NCBI GenBank assembly: GCA_950097015.1
Contig: CATNEN010000003.1
Coordinates: 9,920,001 to 9,984,000, forward strand
DNA: 64,000 nucleotides
Direction: 5' to 3'
DNA from: Macrostomum hystrix
Taxonomy: Eukaryota; Animalia; Platyhelminthes
Shown: one piece after another, positions 40,201-51,749 of the stretch
Layout of the letters: each line of letters opens with the position of its first letter
Position numbering within the stretch: the first letter of the stretch is position 1
The notes under the pieces: model-generated
Seen by the model: only the letters and a program-made list of their open reading frames with translations
Database searches by the model: none
What the model was told of the DNA's origin: nothing
Position numbers and translations under genes: made by a program

Positions 40201-42539
40201 CTCACGGCCTGCGACTCAACGAGCGGAGCCGGCGGTCCGGGAGTGTGCCCTTCATGCACGGCGGAAGGGGCCACGCGCTCTCAGAGTTTCTATCGCTGGC
40301 CAGGGTGAGTTTTCGCGCTAATATCTGCGTGAAGAAATACTGTCAGTTTGTGTGATTATCTGCGTGAAGAAATACTGTATGCTTGTGTGATTATCTGCGT
40401 GAAGAAATACTGTCTGCTTGTGTGATTATCTGCGTGAAGAAATACTGTCTGCTTGTGTGATTATCTGCGTGAAGAAATACTGTCTGCTTGTGTGATTATC
40501 TGCGTGAAGAAATACTGTCTGCTTGTGTGATTATCTGCGTGAAGAAATACTGTCTGCTTGTGTGATTATCTGCGTGAAGAAATACTGTCTGCTTGTGTGA
40601 TTATCTGCGTGAAGAAATACTGTCTGCTTGTGTGATTATCTGCGTGAAGAAATACTGTCTGCTTGTGTGATTATCTGCGTGAAGAAATACTGTATGCTTG
40701 TGTGATTATCTGCGTGAAGAAATACTGTCTGCTTGTGTGATTATCTGCGTGAAGAAATACTGTCTGCTTGTGTGATTATCTGCGTGAAGAAATACTGTCT
40801 GCTTGTGTGATTATCTGCGTGAAGAAATACTGTCTGCTTGTGTGATTATCTGCGTGAAGAAATACTGTCTGCTTGTGTGATTATCTGCGTAAAGAAATGC
40901 TGTCTGTTATTGGGATAATATGCGTGATAAAATTCTGTCTGTAAGTGAATGGCTGCATAATAAACTACTGCCCGTTAGTGTGATTATCCGCGTGAAAAAT
41001 ACTGTCTGTTTGTGTGATTATCTGCCTGATAAACTACTGTCTGTTATGTGTTTATCTGCGTGATAAACTACTGTCTGTTAATGTGTTTATCTGCGTGATA
41101 AACTGCTGTCTGTTTGTGTGATTATCTGCGTGATAAACTGCTGTCTGTTTGTGTGATTATCTGCGTGATAAACTACTGCCTGTTAGTGTGATTATCTGCG
41201 TGATAAACTACTACCTGTTAGTGTGATTATCTGCGTGATAAAATACTACGCTCGTATGTTAGTGTGATTAACTGCGTCATAAACTACTGCCTGTAAGTGT
41301 GATTATGTGCGTGATAGAATACTGTCTGTTAATGTGTTTATCTGCGTGATAAACTGCTGTCTGTTTGTGTGATTATCTGCGTGATAAACTACTGTCTGTT
41401 AATGTGTTTATCTGCGTGATAAACTGCTGTCTGTTTGTGTGATTATGTGCGTGATAAACTATTGTCTGATTGTGTGATTATCTGCGTGATAAACTACTGC
41501 CTGTTAGTGTGATTATCTGCGTGATAAACTACTGCCTGTTAGTGTGATTATCTGCGTGATAAAATACTACGCTCGTATGTTAGTGTGATTAACTGCGTCA
41601 TAAACTACTGCCTGTAAGTGTGATTATCTGCGTGATAAACTACTGTCTGTTAATGTGTTTATCTGCGTGATAAACTGCTGTCTGTTTGTGTGATTATCTG
41701 CGTGATAAACTATTGTCTGATTGTGTGATTATCTGCGTGATAAACTACTGCCTGTTTGTGTGATTATCTGCGTGATAAACTACTGCCTGTTAGTGTGATT
41801 ATCTGCGTGATAAAATACTACGCTCGGATGTTAGTGTGATTAACTGCGTCATAAACTACTGCCTGTAAGTGTGATTATGTGCGTGATAGAATACTGTCTT
41901 TTAGTGTGATTATCTGCGTGATAACTTCTGTACCTGTAACTAACTGTAATGCCTGCAATTCGTGTCGTACATTTAACTTCAAGCAGCTCAAATGCCGCCA
42001 CTTCCTGCTGGCAGGTGGTTGACGACATCTCAGACGTGCGCTACATCAGCAAGTGGATTCTGACCCTCATTCAAGCCGGTGCCGATCCCAATTTAGAGCC
42101 GTACACAGCTGAGCCAACCATAGTCCACTCTCAGAGCTCTATTTACCTGCGCAGTTGCAGTACACAGCCTCTGAATCTGTTCCTGCATCATTGCCGTGAG
42201 TCTGGCTGCCGCCTACTGCACGGTCCGCACGCCTGGCGTCTACTCACCCTGCTATTCAACTCCACCCAGCAGACTCTGGCCGATCGAATTGTGGCCGACT
42301 TTGTGGCCAAAATGAAACGCGAAGATCCCAGATTTCTTAGATTAGCCGATATTCAAGCGCTGGCTCAGAAACCGCGCAGTCTGCGACAACTCTGCCGCCT
42401 CCGGCTGCATCGCCGACTGATGGAATCCGCCAGGGAATCCGTCGAACCTACTAGGCCCTATCATCAGGCCGTGAGGTCGCTGTCCCTGCCCTATCAACTG
42501 GTCAATTATCTGCTGTTCTTCCAGCCCTGGGATAACTAA
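34219..42539 (+). CDS. Ankyrin-repeat and SOCS-box protein (ASB-like Cullin E3 substrate receptor); 6 exons, about 856 aa
   Basis: Exons 34219-34967, 35415-35672, 37511-37976, 39043-39366, 40056-40304 and 42015-42539, 2571 nt in frame. Ankyrin motifs (TLLQYAV..LLLDLGADPN, APLHTAC, GLTPLMHAA, DGNTVLHHL); C-terminal SOCS box PRSLRQLCRLRLH...LSLPYQLVNYLLF. Confidence 0.88.
35043..35225 (+). mobile_element. tRNA-derived SINE, family A
   Basis: GGAGCGTCGGACTCACGATTTGAATG..ATTCGATTCCC head, CTTCAGTTCACCCAGCTGTTAAATGGGTAC core, TCCATGGACTGA end. Confidence 0.85.
35817..36447 (+). mobile_element. SINE family B copy with an internally amplified 32-bp array
   Basis: Head GCGTTTAACGCG..GCACCAAGGTCC and body GCCAACCTCCAAGGCACAGTGAG...ATTGCCCGCAGCCCTCC match the reverse complement of 44066-44400. 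Confidence 0.85.
35864..36253. repeat. 32-bp near-perfect tandem repeat (CCGCGGCGAGGCCACATTAATTAGGGGCGCAG), about 12 units
   Basis: Head-to-tail units without spacers. Confidence 0.97.
38057..38938. repeat. 23-bp minisatellite (GTTCAGAGTAGGGGATTCYCRGT)n, intronic
   Basis: About 38 units. Confidence 0.97.
39455..39875. repeat. 32-bp minisatellite (GATTATCCCATACTGGGGATTTATGAATATCA)n, intronic
   Basis: About 13 units with a higher-order duplication. Confidence 0.95.
40322..41925. repeat. 34/35-bp minisatellite (TGTGTGATTATCTGCGTGAAGAAATACTGTCTGCT)n filling almost the whole intron
   Basis: Homogeneous 5' part (40350-40890) grading into diverged units. Confidence 0.97.
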
Positions 42540-42598
42540 CATCAGTGATTAAAACTGTTGAGTTCGCTAAAGAATCCCATCGATAATAGATCTCTAAT

Positions 42599-43090
42599 TC
42601 TATTAGAAATCCCTATTTCTATTACAAATCCCTATTTCTATTAGAAATCCCTATTTCTATTACAAATCCCTATTTCTATTACAAATCCCTATTTCTATTA
42701 CAAATCCCTATTTCTATTACAAATCCCTATTTCTATTACAAATCCCTATTTCTATTACAAATCCCTATTTCTATTAGAAATCCCTATTTCTATTACAAAT
42801 CCCTATTTCTATTACAAATCCCTATTTCTATTAGAAATCCCTATTTCTATTACAAATCCCTATTTCTATTACAAATCCCTATTTCTATTAGAAATCCCTA
42901 TTTCTTTTAGAAATCCCTATTTCTATTAGAAATCCTTATTTCTTTTAGAAATCCCCATTTCTTTTAAAAATCCCTATTTCTATTAGAAATCCTTATTTCT
43001 TTTAGAAATCCCTATTTCTTTTAGAAATCCCCATTTCTTTTAGAAATCCCTATTTCTTTTAGAAATCCCAATGTCGATTAGAAATCCCAA
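42599..43090. repeat. 19-bp minisatellite (CTATTACAAATCCCTATTT)n just downstream of the stop codon
   Basis: Direct observation. Confidence 0.96.
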
Positions 43091-44065
43091 TTTCGATTTA
43101 AATTCCCTTCCTCGTTGAAAATCGTGATTCTGTTTTGAAATCCCAGGTCCGATTTTAAACCATTCCAATGTGGTCACGGCATCCTTCCAACATGATTTAT
43201 TATTCTTTCTTCGATTTTTTTCAACAGCAAGTTGATTTTTGGCAACTCCAAAGATTTGACTTTCAAATAAATTGTTTTTGAAAAAAATTGTTTTCTTTAA
43301 GTTGTGAACTTCAAATTATTTTAAATTTAATTGTTTGTGTTGTCTGTTGGTCTAACAGAACACTTCTGGTTCATTGTAGTTGTGTCTATTTATAACTTTA
43401 ATGAAATATCTGAAATTGATCACACCTCATTATTGCTTGTATTACTGTTGTCAAACAATTTGTATTGCTTAGCTTGTTAATGGCAAATGTGAAAGAGAAA
43501 TAATTGTCTTTTTTATTTTGTTAAATTAGAGTCACACGGAGTTTCACGCGGATGTGTTACGCAATGTTTTATGGTTTTTAAACGAAAGCAATCAATAATG
43601 AAACTGTGTCTTAATTTTTTCTCCACTCTTCTTATTTATTCCTAGTTCATCCACTTCGCATTATTCCATCAGTCCACTCTTCCCCATTCCCCCGTTCCTT
43701 TAGTACAATGATCCCTCGATTCCCCTTTCCCTCGACCCCTTTTCCCTCGACCCCTTTTCCCTCGATCCCGTTTTTCCTCTCTTCTTCAATCAGTCCGCTG
43801 TTCTCCCAAGCTCCTGTTCCACCTGTCCTCCTTTTCGCCAAATCCTGTACCCTCAATACCTTTTTTACGCGAACTTCGCTTCCTTCAGTCCGCTATTATC
43901 ATAATCCCCTGTTCTACAGTCTCGCAGTTACTTCTGTCCTTGTTACTCAAATCACCGGGTTTCTTCGACCCCTGCTCCCTCCGCCCGTTTGTACCCAAAT
44001 TTTATTTAATTTTAGCTCCATTCGTGAAAATGATCAATCACCCACATATAGTTATACAAGCTATA

Positions 44066-44400
44066 ATTGCCGGAGGGCTGTGGGCAATGGCACATCATTT
44101 GGTGACACTAGACCCGCAGCCAGCGAGGAGGCAATTCTGTCATTTCGCTGACACCTGAGCACACACACACACAGATACCGTACGCAGGCACACACTCACA
44201 CAGGTGTGTACATCTGCCCTGACTTTCTCATCGTCAGGCAATGTACACTCTCACTGTGCCTTGGAGGTTGGCCTTCAAGGGCGTAAATTGCACGACAAGC
44301 CCCCAATCCAAGCCCAAATGAATGTGGCCTCGCCGCGGAGTCGAGCTTAGGGACCTTGGTGCGAGAGGCAAGCGCGTTAAACGCTCTGTCACTGACCCCA
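44066..44400 (-). mobile_element. tRNA(Glu-like)-derived SINE, family B, most complete copy
   Basis: Minus strand GGGGTCAGTGACAGAGCGTTTAACGCGCTTGCCTCTCGCACCAAGGTCCCTAAGCTCGACTCC (degenerate A box, CTC anticodon-like loop, B box); internal hairpin GTGTACA.TGCCTGAC-GATGAGAAA-GTCAGGGCAGATGTACAC; (GT)n; 3 other copies in the window. Confidence 0.8.
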
Positions 44401-44820
44401 CCTACATATATTAGAATCAGACGCTGTATATTGATAGAACACATTAAATATGTTATCGTCAGGCAGACAAAGCCCAGATTAAACAAATGAGTGCTGAACA
44501 CTTTGTAAAAAAATGACACAAGAACAATATTATTGCTTATAGTGCTTAGAAGGCTTATAGTGCCGTTTTAAAACAGCGACAGATTGAAAGCCAGGTAGGT
44601 GTTAATTGCCCGTCAGCTTCCTTTTGTTATAGCCGATGGCGAGAGCCTACAGATATTTTATCACTTGCATTGGTCTCACTGACCATTTATAATGGCTTCC
44701 CTAATCCTTTGAAACCTGCCTGATGCCATTGATGATTGATCCTGCCTCACACATTCTTATGGTCTGAGTCGTGAAGCAGCTGAAGCAACCAATGCAAAAG
44801 CGTCACTGGTGTTCTTGAAA

Positions 44821-45573
44821 ATGATCCCAAATCGAAGCATTCTGCTGCTTCTAGCACTCGGAATTCTGCAACAGCCATTCGGCCTTGCTTCTGCCTCGTC
44901 AATTGACGCGTTCAAGCGAACTGACGGCTTTCTGTGCGTTCAAGCCGAATTTATCAGAAAGTTGCCGCACGTCTGGCTTGATTTCGAATGTTCCATCCTG
45001 TGCAGCAGGGAGCAGCGCTGCCAGGCCTTCACCATGGCTGACGGTCCGCGTCAGCTGTTCGTGTTCGACAAGTGCAGCAAGTCGGTGAGGGACTGCAGCT
45101 GCTCCAGGAGAGGCCAGGTGTTTGTGAAGCAGCAGCCGGGACTCGAGGCTGGCCAGCTGTGTCCGACTGGCTACGGAGACGACCTGTGCGGCGTGAAGTA
45201 CAAGGTGCAGCCAACTGGCACCTGGCCAGTTCAGAGGCAGAGGTGCGAGTCCGAGAGCGGTCTTGTGATCATCGCCGACGTGACAAGTAGCAGTGAGATG
45301 TCTCACATCGGACTCATTTACAGCACGACTGCGAGTGGAGTCTCGCTGTGGCTGGGCGGCCTCCAGCCTCCGGGCAGTGCGGAGCCGTCAGGCGGCTGGC
45401 ACTGGGTCTCCTGCAACGGCACCATCGACAGCAGCCTGTGGAACAGCGGAGAGCCGAACAACGGTGGTAACGCAGAGGACGCGGTCTGCACCATCGGCCG
45501 TCTCATAGTAGACACTCGGCAGACTGACTTATATCATGCTGGACTGTGCGAGTGCCTGTCGCCATTTAATTAA
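44821..45573 (+). CDS. Secreted PAN/apple-like + C-type lectin domain protein, copy 1 (intronless, about 250 aa)
   Basis: Signal-peptide-like ILLLLALGIL; PAN-like ECSILCSREQRCQAF; CTLD motifs LWLGG, WHW, WNSGEPNN, terminal LCE. Confidence 0.88.
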   Translation: MIPNRSILLLLALGILQQPFGLASASSIDAFKRTDGFLCVQAEFIRKLPHVWLDFECSILCSREQRCQAFTMADGPRQLFVFDKCSKSVRDCSCSRRGQVFVKQQPGLEAGQLCPTGYGDDLCGVKYKVQPTGTWPVQRQRCESESGLVIIADVTSSSEMSHIGLIYSTTASGVSLWLGGLQPPGSAEPSGGWHWVSCNGTIDSSLWNSGEPNNGGNAEDAVCTIGRLIVDTRQTDLYHAGLCECLSPFN

Positions 45574-46535
45574 GCAAGTCTTGATAGACGATTGGGCTCT
45601 GACACTGTCGCTAACCAAAATAACCATATGCCTCACCAAAGTACGATACAAAATGGGTTGTGATTGCTTCCTATATTGGGAGTCTGTTTGATTCTAACGA
45701 TGAATGACTGAGATTTAAAAAATTGTCTCTCGAAGTTATTTTAAAAAATCGCCTGTAAAGGTACTGAATCTTGCAATATTCGCGCTAAAGTTATGTGAAT
45801 GATAAACAGGGTTATCAGCAGGATAAAGCAAAAAAGCATCATGCTAACTTTATGCAGAATCGGCTAACACTTCACTATCCCAGATTTATGAGTAATTAGT
45901 TTCTATTTTTCTATCGCTTTCTATCTACCAGTAAAAAGTTCCCGTTTTAATGAAAAACTGCGACGTTTTTTAGACTGCCCTAAATGCGATCATTCGTACA
46001 AAATCTGTACTTCTTTTACAAATATATAGTTTTTATCTTATATTGGCCATCGTTTTTTATCAATAATTTATCCAATGCTATATGCTTTTTATAAACCTGA
46101 AGGTAAGTTTTGGTAAGGTTTTTTAGTTTAGAAGTTGAGCCGCATGTACGTGATAGCTAAAAAACACCAAAGACTTTTACAGTACACTCAGAGCAAATTT
46201 TATGCTATCAGAAGGAAATTAGGACTGCCAGTATAGACTTTTTATTTGTCTGCCATAGTGCAAAGCAGCCAATGGAAAGCAAAACCTTAAATGCGCAGAA
46301 CACTAAATATGAAACAATTGTAATGTTTCAAGTTTGTAATGTCTGTCGGTTTTCACTAAAGGACTCGGCTATTTGTCATAAAAGATGTCATCTAAAGCAG
46401 GTTGCAGAACCGGTGTCAGATAACTAATTAAACTAAAAAGCATCTGAGTCTCTCAAAAACATTTTGTTGTATAAAAGTAAAATTAGAAAAGACCTTCGAA
46501 CTGTCTTATCAGGGACCTCAATCAAGTTTCAGGCA

Positions 46536-47141
46536 TCACACCCTACGCTCGGTGTCTCGCGCTTGAATTCGAGGACTTGCGCGATGAGACACCGTCTGGT
46601 GTCCCCAGCGACGTTCCCTCCGTTCAATTCCTCGCTGCTCCAACTGCATCTCATGCTGTACAATCAAATCTCGAACCTCAGATTGTTGACGGCGCCGGAG
46701 TCGATCCAGGTCTCGTTCAAGCTGGGCGTCGAGAGCTCGCTCAGGCACAACCCAGAGCGGATAAGCCGCATTGCACAGCTCGCAGTGGAGCTGGAGCGAC
46801 CTGCGCAGCCAGTTGGTGACACAGCTGGCATGCACGCAGCCCACACTGCCTCGACAGTTGCAAAGCTGGTTTTCCATAACCGGCTGATTCTTTTCATCGT
46901 TGCCGGAGTCAAGGCAGATGCGGCACAACTTGGCGTTGGATTCTTGCACATCAGCTGTTGCGGCTGGAACAGATGGCACTGTAGTCGCCAGAGGACTTCT
47001 TGCTAGCGAACTCTGCGCCGTTACTACCGATGCTGGCGTGGCTGCCGTTGCTGATATCCGTCTGATTGGTGACCTACTGCGAAACGTGGAAGAATGGAAC
47101 GACGAGAGCAGGTCGTCGGCATTGTTTCTACGATTCGACAT
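46536..47141 (-). CDS. RING-CH (RINGv, C4HC3; MARCH-like) E3 ligase domain protein, 201 aa, single ORF
   Basis: CRIC-x17-CNCRGSVGCVHASCVTNW-x7-CELC matches the RING-CH consensus; followed by a charged helical region. Confidence 0.82.
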   Translation of the reverse strand: MSNRRNNADDLLSSFHSSTFRSRSPIRRISATAATPASVVTAQSSLARSPLATTVPSVPAATADVQESNAKLCRICLDSGNDEKNQPVMENQLCNCRGSVGCVHASCVTNWLRRSLQLHCELCNAAYPLWVVPERALDAQLERDLDRLRRRQQSEVRDLIVQHEMQLEQRGIERRERRWGHQTVSHRASPRIQARDTERRV

Positions 47142-48167
47142 TGTTTGACAGCACAGCGGCCTTCAATAATGTCCACAAGGACAAGGTATTTCGGAAATTT
47201 ACAATGATAACGCAAGTCCATTGATATAGTTGAGATTCATAGAATGCTTAAAAGTAGCATTTCTTGAGCGATACATTTTTACCATAGATTCGGCTTGCGA
47301 TTCAATAATTTTGAGCGAGCAAATGGTTTTTAAGTTGTAACTGACCACGGATCCTATATACATCCTATATGTATTTAGGATCTGTGTAACTGACCGAGTC
47401 AAGACGAGAACTTCCTTATAAAGATATACTTATAATATCATTATAAAGCCACAGATTGTATAGCCCTAATATTTCAAACAATTTCAGCAAGCTTGCAATA
47501 AAATTCATCAATCTATTTTTGACCAGTCAGACCAGCATCCAAATTCGGCAACCTTGCATTCGATTTTAGCAAAAGACATTCATTTTCAGCAAAGTGCACT
47601 CGATTTCAACCCGTCACATTTTTCTTGTACTGTCTATGGCAAAAATTTGTCGCAGCGTGTGCAAAGAGTCATTCGATTTCAACAATTTGCTGGGTATTTT
47701 ATAATCTTTGACTCAAATTCAGATTTTTGCATTCAGTTAAAACCATAAACGTTTTTGTGAAGTAACATTTACGAGTGGCTCGTATATCAAAACCTCTAGC
47801 TGGTTCTCAGTACATGTACAGAACGTCTGCAAGTTTTAATAAAGTGAAAGGCCACATTTTTTCAACAGAGAAATACAGTGGAATGAGTGACGAAGAGCTA
47901 CTTGAAGAAGATGGAGACAAAGAATTTCTTGGAGAATATCGAGGTGATGAAGAAACCCGTAGGCGATACGGGAGAGTGTCAGACAATGATATTAGAGGCC
48001 GCCTATAAGTGTTTTATTATCTGTGGATAAAGCATCTATAAATATATATAATTAGTGTTCCGTGGGCCACAGAAAAGCTGTAGATATTGTCAGGAGAAGA
48101 GAAAAAGCACGAAAAAGATTACAGCTTTCGAGGAAACCTTACTTACGGACGATAGGCTTAAGGACTC

Positions 48168-49480
48168 CCAGTTTGTCTTTGAAGTGGGCAACCAGTTTGT
48201 CTTTGAAGTGGACATCCAGTTTGTCTTTGAAGTGGATATCCAGTTTGTCTTTGAAGTGGGCAACCAGTTTGTCTTTGAAGTGGGCAACCAGTTTGTCTTT
48301 GAAGTGGACACCCAGTTTGTCTTTGAAGTGGGCAACTAGTTTGTCTTTGAAGTGGGCAACTAGTTTGTCTTTGAAGTGGGCAAATCGTTTGTCTTTGAAA
48401 TGATTAGCTAGTTTGTCTTTAAAGTGGGCAACTAGTTTGTCTTTGAAGTGGGCAACCAGTTTGTCTTTGAAGTGGGCAACTAGTTTGTCTTTGAAGTGGG
48501 CAACTACTCGTAGTTTGTCTTTGAAGTGGGCAACTAGTTTGTCTTTGAAGTGGGCAAATCGTTTGTCTTTGAAATGATTAGCTAGTTTGTCTTTAAAGTG
48601 GGCAACTAGTTTGTCTTTGAAGTGGGCAACCAGTTTGTCTTTGAAGTGGGCAACTAGTTTGTCTTTGAAGTGGGCAACTAGTTTGTCTTTGAAGTGGACA
48701 TCCAGTTTGTCTTTGAAGTGGGCAACCAGTTTGTCTTTGAAGTGGGCAACCAGTTTGTCTTTGAAGTGGACACCCAGTTTGTCTTTGAAGTGGGCAACTA
48801 GTTTGTCTTTGAAGTGGGCAACTAGTTTGTCTTTGAAGTGGGCAAATCGTTTGTCTTTGAAATGATTAGCTAGTTTGTCTTTGAAGTGGGCAACTAGTTT
48901 GTCTTTGAAGTGGGCAACCAGTTTGTCTTTGAAGTGGGCAACTAGTTTGTCTTTGAAGTGGGCAAATCGTTTGTCTTTGAAGTGGGCAACTAACTTCTAG
49001 TTGAAGTGGGCAACCAGTTCGTCTTTGAAGTGGGCAACTAACTTGTAGTTGAAGTGGGCAACCAGTTTGTCTTTGAAGTGGGCAACTAACTTCTAGTTGA
49101 AGTGGGCAACCAGTTTGTCTTTGAAGTGGGCAACTAACTTGTAGTTGAAGTGGGCAACCAGTTTGTCTTTGAAGTGGGTAACTAGTTTGTCTTTGAAGTG
49201 GGCAAACAGTTTGTCTTTGAAGTGGGCAACCAGTTTGTCTTTGAAGTGGGCAACCAGTTTGTCTTTGAAGTGGGTAACTAGTTTGTCTTTGAAGTGGGCA
49301 AACAGTTTGTCTTTGAAGTGGACACCCAGTTTGTCTTTGAAGTGGACACCCAGTTTGTCTTTGAAGTGGGCAACCAGTTTGTCTTTGAAGTGGGCAACCA
49401 GTTTGTCTTTGAAATGATTAGCTAGTTCGTCTTTGAAGTGGGCAGCTAGTTTGTTTTTGAAGTGAATACCTAGTTTGTCT
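48168..49480. repeat. 24-bp minisatellite (GTTTGTCTTTGAAGTGGGCAACCA)n
   Basis: About 54 units; variant GAAATGATTAGCTA recurs near 48398, 48571, 48859 and 49411. Confidence 0.97.
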
Positions 49481-50521
49481 GTTGTCTTTTGTCCTTTTCA
49501 AAGTAAGCCTCAGAAACTCGTTAGAACGTAGTAAATAGGGAATTGCACATGTGCATGTACGTAGCTCGTATGAAAGCCTGTACGTTATTTTTTTCCATCC
49601 ATGCCAATTTGCTTATCAAGGCGGAAAATTCGTAAAAGTTTTGGTTAGAAAACTCGTATATTTTCTATATTTCCAGCTCTATCCTAATTAGAGCAATGTG
49701 TTGAAACGGAAAAGTTCATGAAAATTGAGGATGTAGAACTTTTTGTCAATTCATTACTTTGGTGCCATGAAGAATGGGTGCAATATTGGCATCAGCGAAT
49801 ATGATGAGCAGCAAATGAATCTTGAGTGCATGGGATTTTGGCATTATTTCACAGATAATTAGGCAGGCATTCAATAATCAGCTAAACTTTTCTGTGGCTT
49901 TTATTTTGTTCCGCAAATATCAGTGTTTGTTTAACCTTTACGTGAACATTGTAAGCCCTTTTCATAAGGCTTCCATATCCAGATTAAGTTCAAACTAAAG
50001 TACGTGAAGTTCGCATTGCTGAGATTGAGCCAGAGATCAAACATTTTCTTGCGATTTTTTAGTAACGACCTCGACGTTTATAACAATACACGATTCATAG
50101 TGCTAACTTAATAGTCAATGCATTAGAAGTCGAACACATCGCTTGCATCAGAAAAAACTCCCCATCAGGGAAGCAAACAACCTATTTCGTTTTTCATCAA
50201 TCATAGGCTCCAGTTTCAGGAGTCAGGTTCCACTAAACTGCGCTCCTAGAGCCGTAAATTACTGGACAAATTTAATAGTATTCAGCTTCAGTTTTGCCAA
50301 GCCGTTAAGTTCTTCCAATGCAAACGTGGTAAAATTAAACATTCCGATAATACCACGCAGGATCACAACTTTTTCCACTCATACTTTTCTGTTTCATAGA
50401 AGCCTGCCTTTCCCAGAAACCTGGATTTTTCCTTGTGAATTTCGCTACTTTGGTTAGGGATAAGTTTACTGAGGTTTGACGTAAGTGTCAGTGGCCGAAT
50501 AGCATAGCTGTCGAATATTGC

Positions 50522-51262
50522 TTAATTAAAAGGCGACAGGCACTCGCACAGGCCGGCACGACTTGAGTCCGTCTGTCGACTGTCTGCCAGTTCTCCACGA
50601 GTGCAGACCGCGTCCTCGTTACCACCGTTGTTCGGCTCTCCGCTGTTCCACAGGCTGCTGTCGATGGTGCCGTTGCAGGAGACCCAGTGCCAGCCGCCTG
50701 AAGGCTCCGCACTGCCCGGAGGCTGGAGGCCGCCCAGCCACAGTGAGACTCCTCTCGCAGTCGTTCTGTAAATGAGTCCGATGTGAGACATCTCACTGCT
50801 ACTCGTCACGTCGGCGAAGATCACAAGACCGCTCTCGAACTCGCACCTCTGCCTCTGAACTGGCCAGGTGCCAGTTGGCTGCACCTTGTAATTCACGCCG
50901 CACAGGTCGTCTCCGTAGCCAGTCGGACACAGCTGGCCAGCCTCGAGTCCCGGCTGCTGCTTCACAAACACCTGGCCTCTCCTGGAGCAGCTGCAGTCCC
51001 TCACCGACTTGCTGCACTTGTCGAACACGAACAGCTGACACGGACCGTCAGCAATGGTGAAGGCCTGGCAGCGCTGCTCCCTGCTGCACAAAATGGAACA
51101 CTCGGCAAGCGTCAGCTGGCCACCAACGTTGCGAACAAAGTTCTCACGGATGCAGAGTAATCCTACGATCTCGTTAAATTTTGTGCGACAACAAAGGACT
51201 GAGGCTGTGATAGCACCTAGCAGTAGCACGACTATCGTAGAATGTTTCCAGCTATTCTGCAT
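50522..51262 (-). CDS. Secreted PAN/apple-like + C-type lectin domain protein, copy 2 (246 aa)
   Basis: Signal peptide IVVLLLGAITASVLC; core nearly identical to copy 1; EPN motif. Confidence 0.88.
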   Translation of the reverse strand: MQNSWKHSTIVVLLLGAITASVLCCRTKFNEIVGLLCIRENFVRNVGGQLTLAECSILCSREQRCQAFTIADGPCQLFVFDKCSKSVRDCSCSRRGQVFVKQQPGLEAGQLCPTGYGDDLCGVNYKVQPTGTWPVQRQRCEFESGLVIFADVTSSSEMSHIGLIYRTTARGVSLWLGGLQPPGSAEPSGGWHWVSCNGTIDSSLWNSGEPNNGGNEDAVCTRGELADSRQTDSSRAGLCECLSPFN

Positions 51263-51749
51263 TTGGCCTCAAAGTCAAGACTCAGAACTGAGCAATCGTG
51301 CTTTGGTAGGACAGCTTAGACGCACTTTTTTCATTAAATTCAAAGCCAGTAGCATTTTTATGGATGTTGCTGGAGCAGCAATTTTCATTGGCTCAAATTA
51401 TCTAGCTGTTTCTTTCACGCAAAATCTGCTAGAGATGCCACCATTAGCTTTCCTTAACACCTACAAACTGCAAAATTATTTACAATTATTATTAATAAAA
51501 CGCGCCATCTTTGGGTGTTGATTTTTTTATATTTTCTGACAATATTTTACTCGACAAAAGAGGAACATAAAAAAGCGAAGTTTTGTAAGAATCAACTATT
51601 GAGCTGGGAAGGGAAGAGCAAATTTGTTGAAAATAAGAGCAGCAAAAACACAGGGAGGCCAGAAATAAAAGAAATAAATGTATATCGCTAAATGTTAATA
51701 GCTTCAGGGCAGCTGACTCCCTTATTTTAGAGATTTCTATGATGTACTT

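Noticed and set aside
47775-48170. Possible LINE ORF1 remnant (KGHIFSTEKYSGMSDEELLEE)
   Set aside because: Only weak resemblance and fragmented; cannot be supported without a search
48168-49480. GTTT-starting 24-bp repeat as a CRISPR array or coding repeat
   Set aside because: No spacers; ORFs are stop-interrupted translations of the minisatellite
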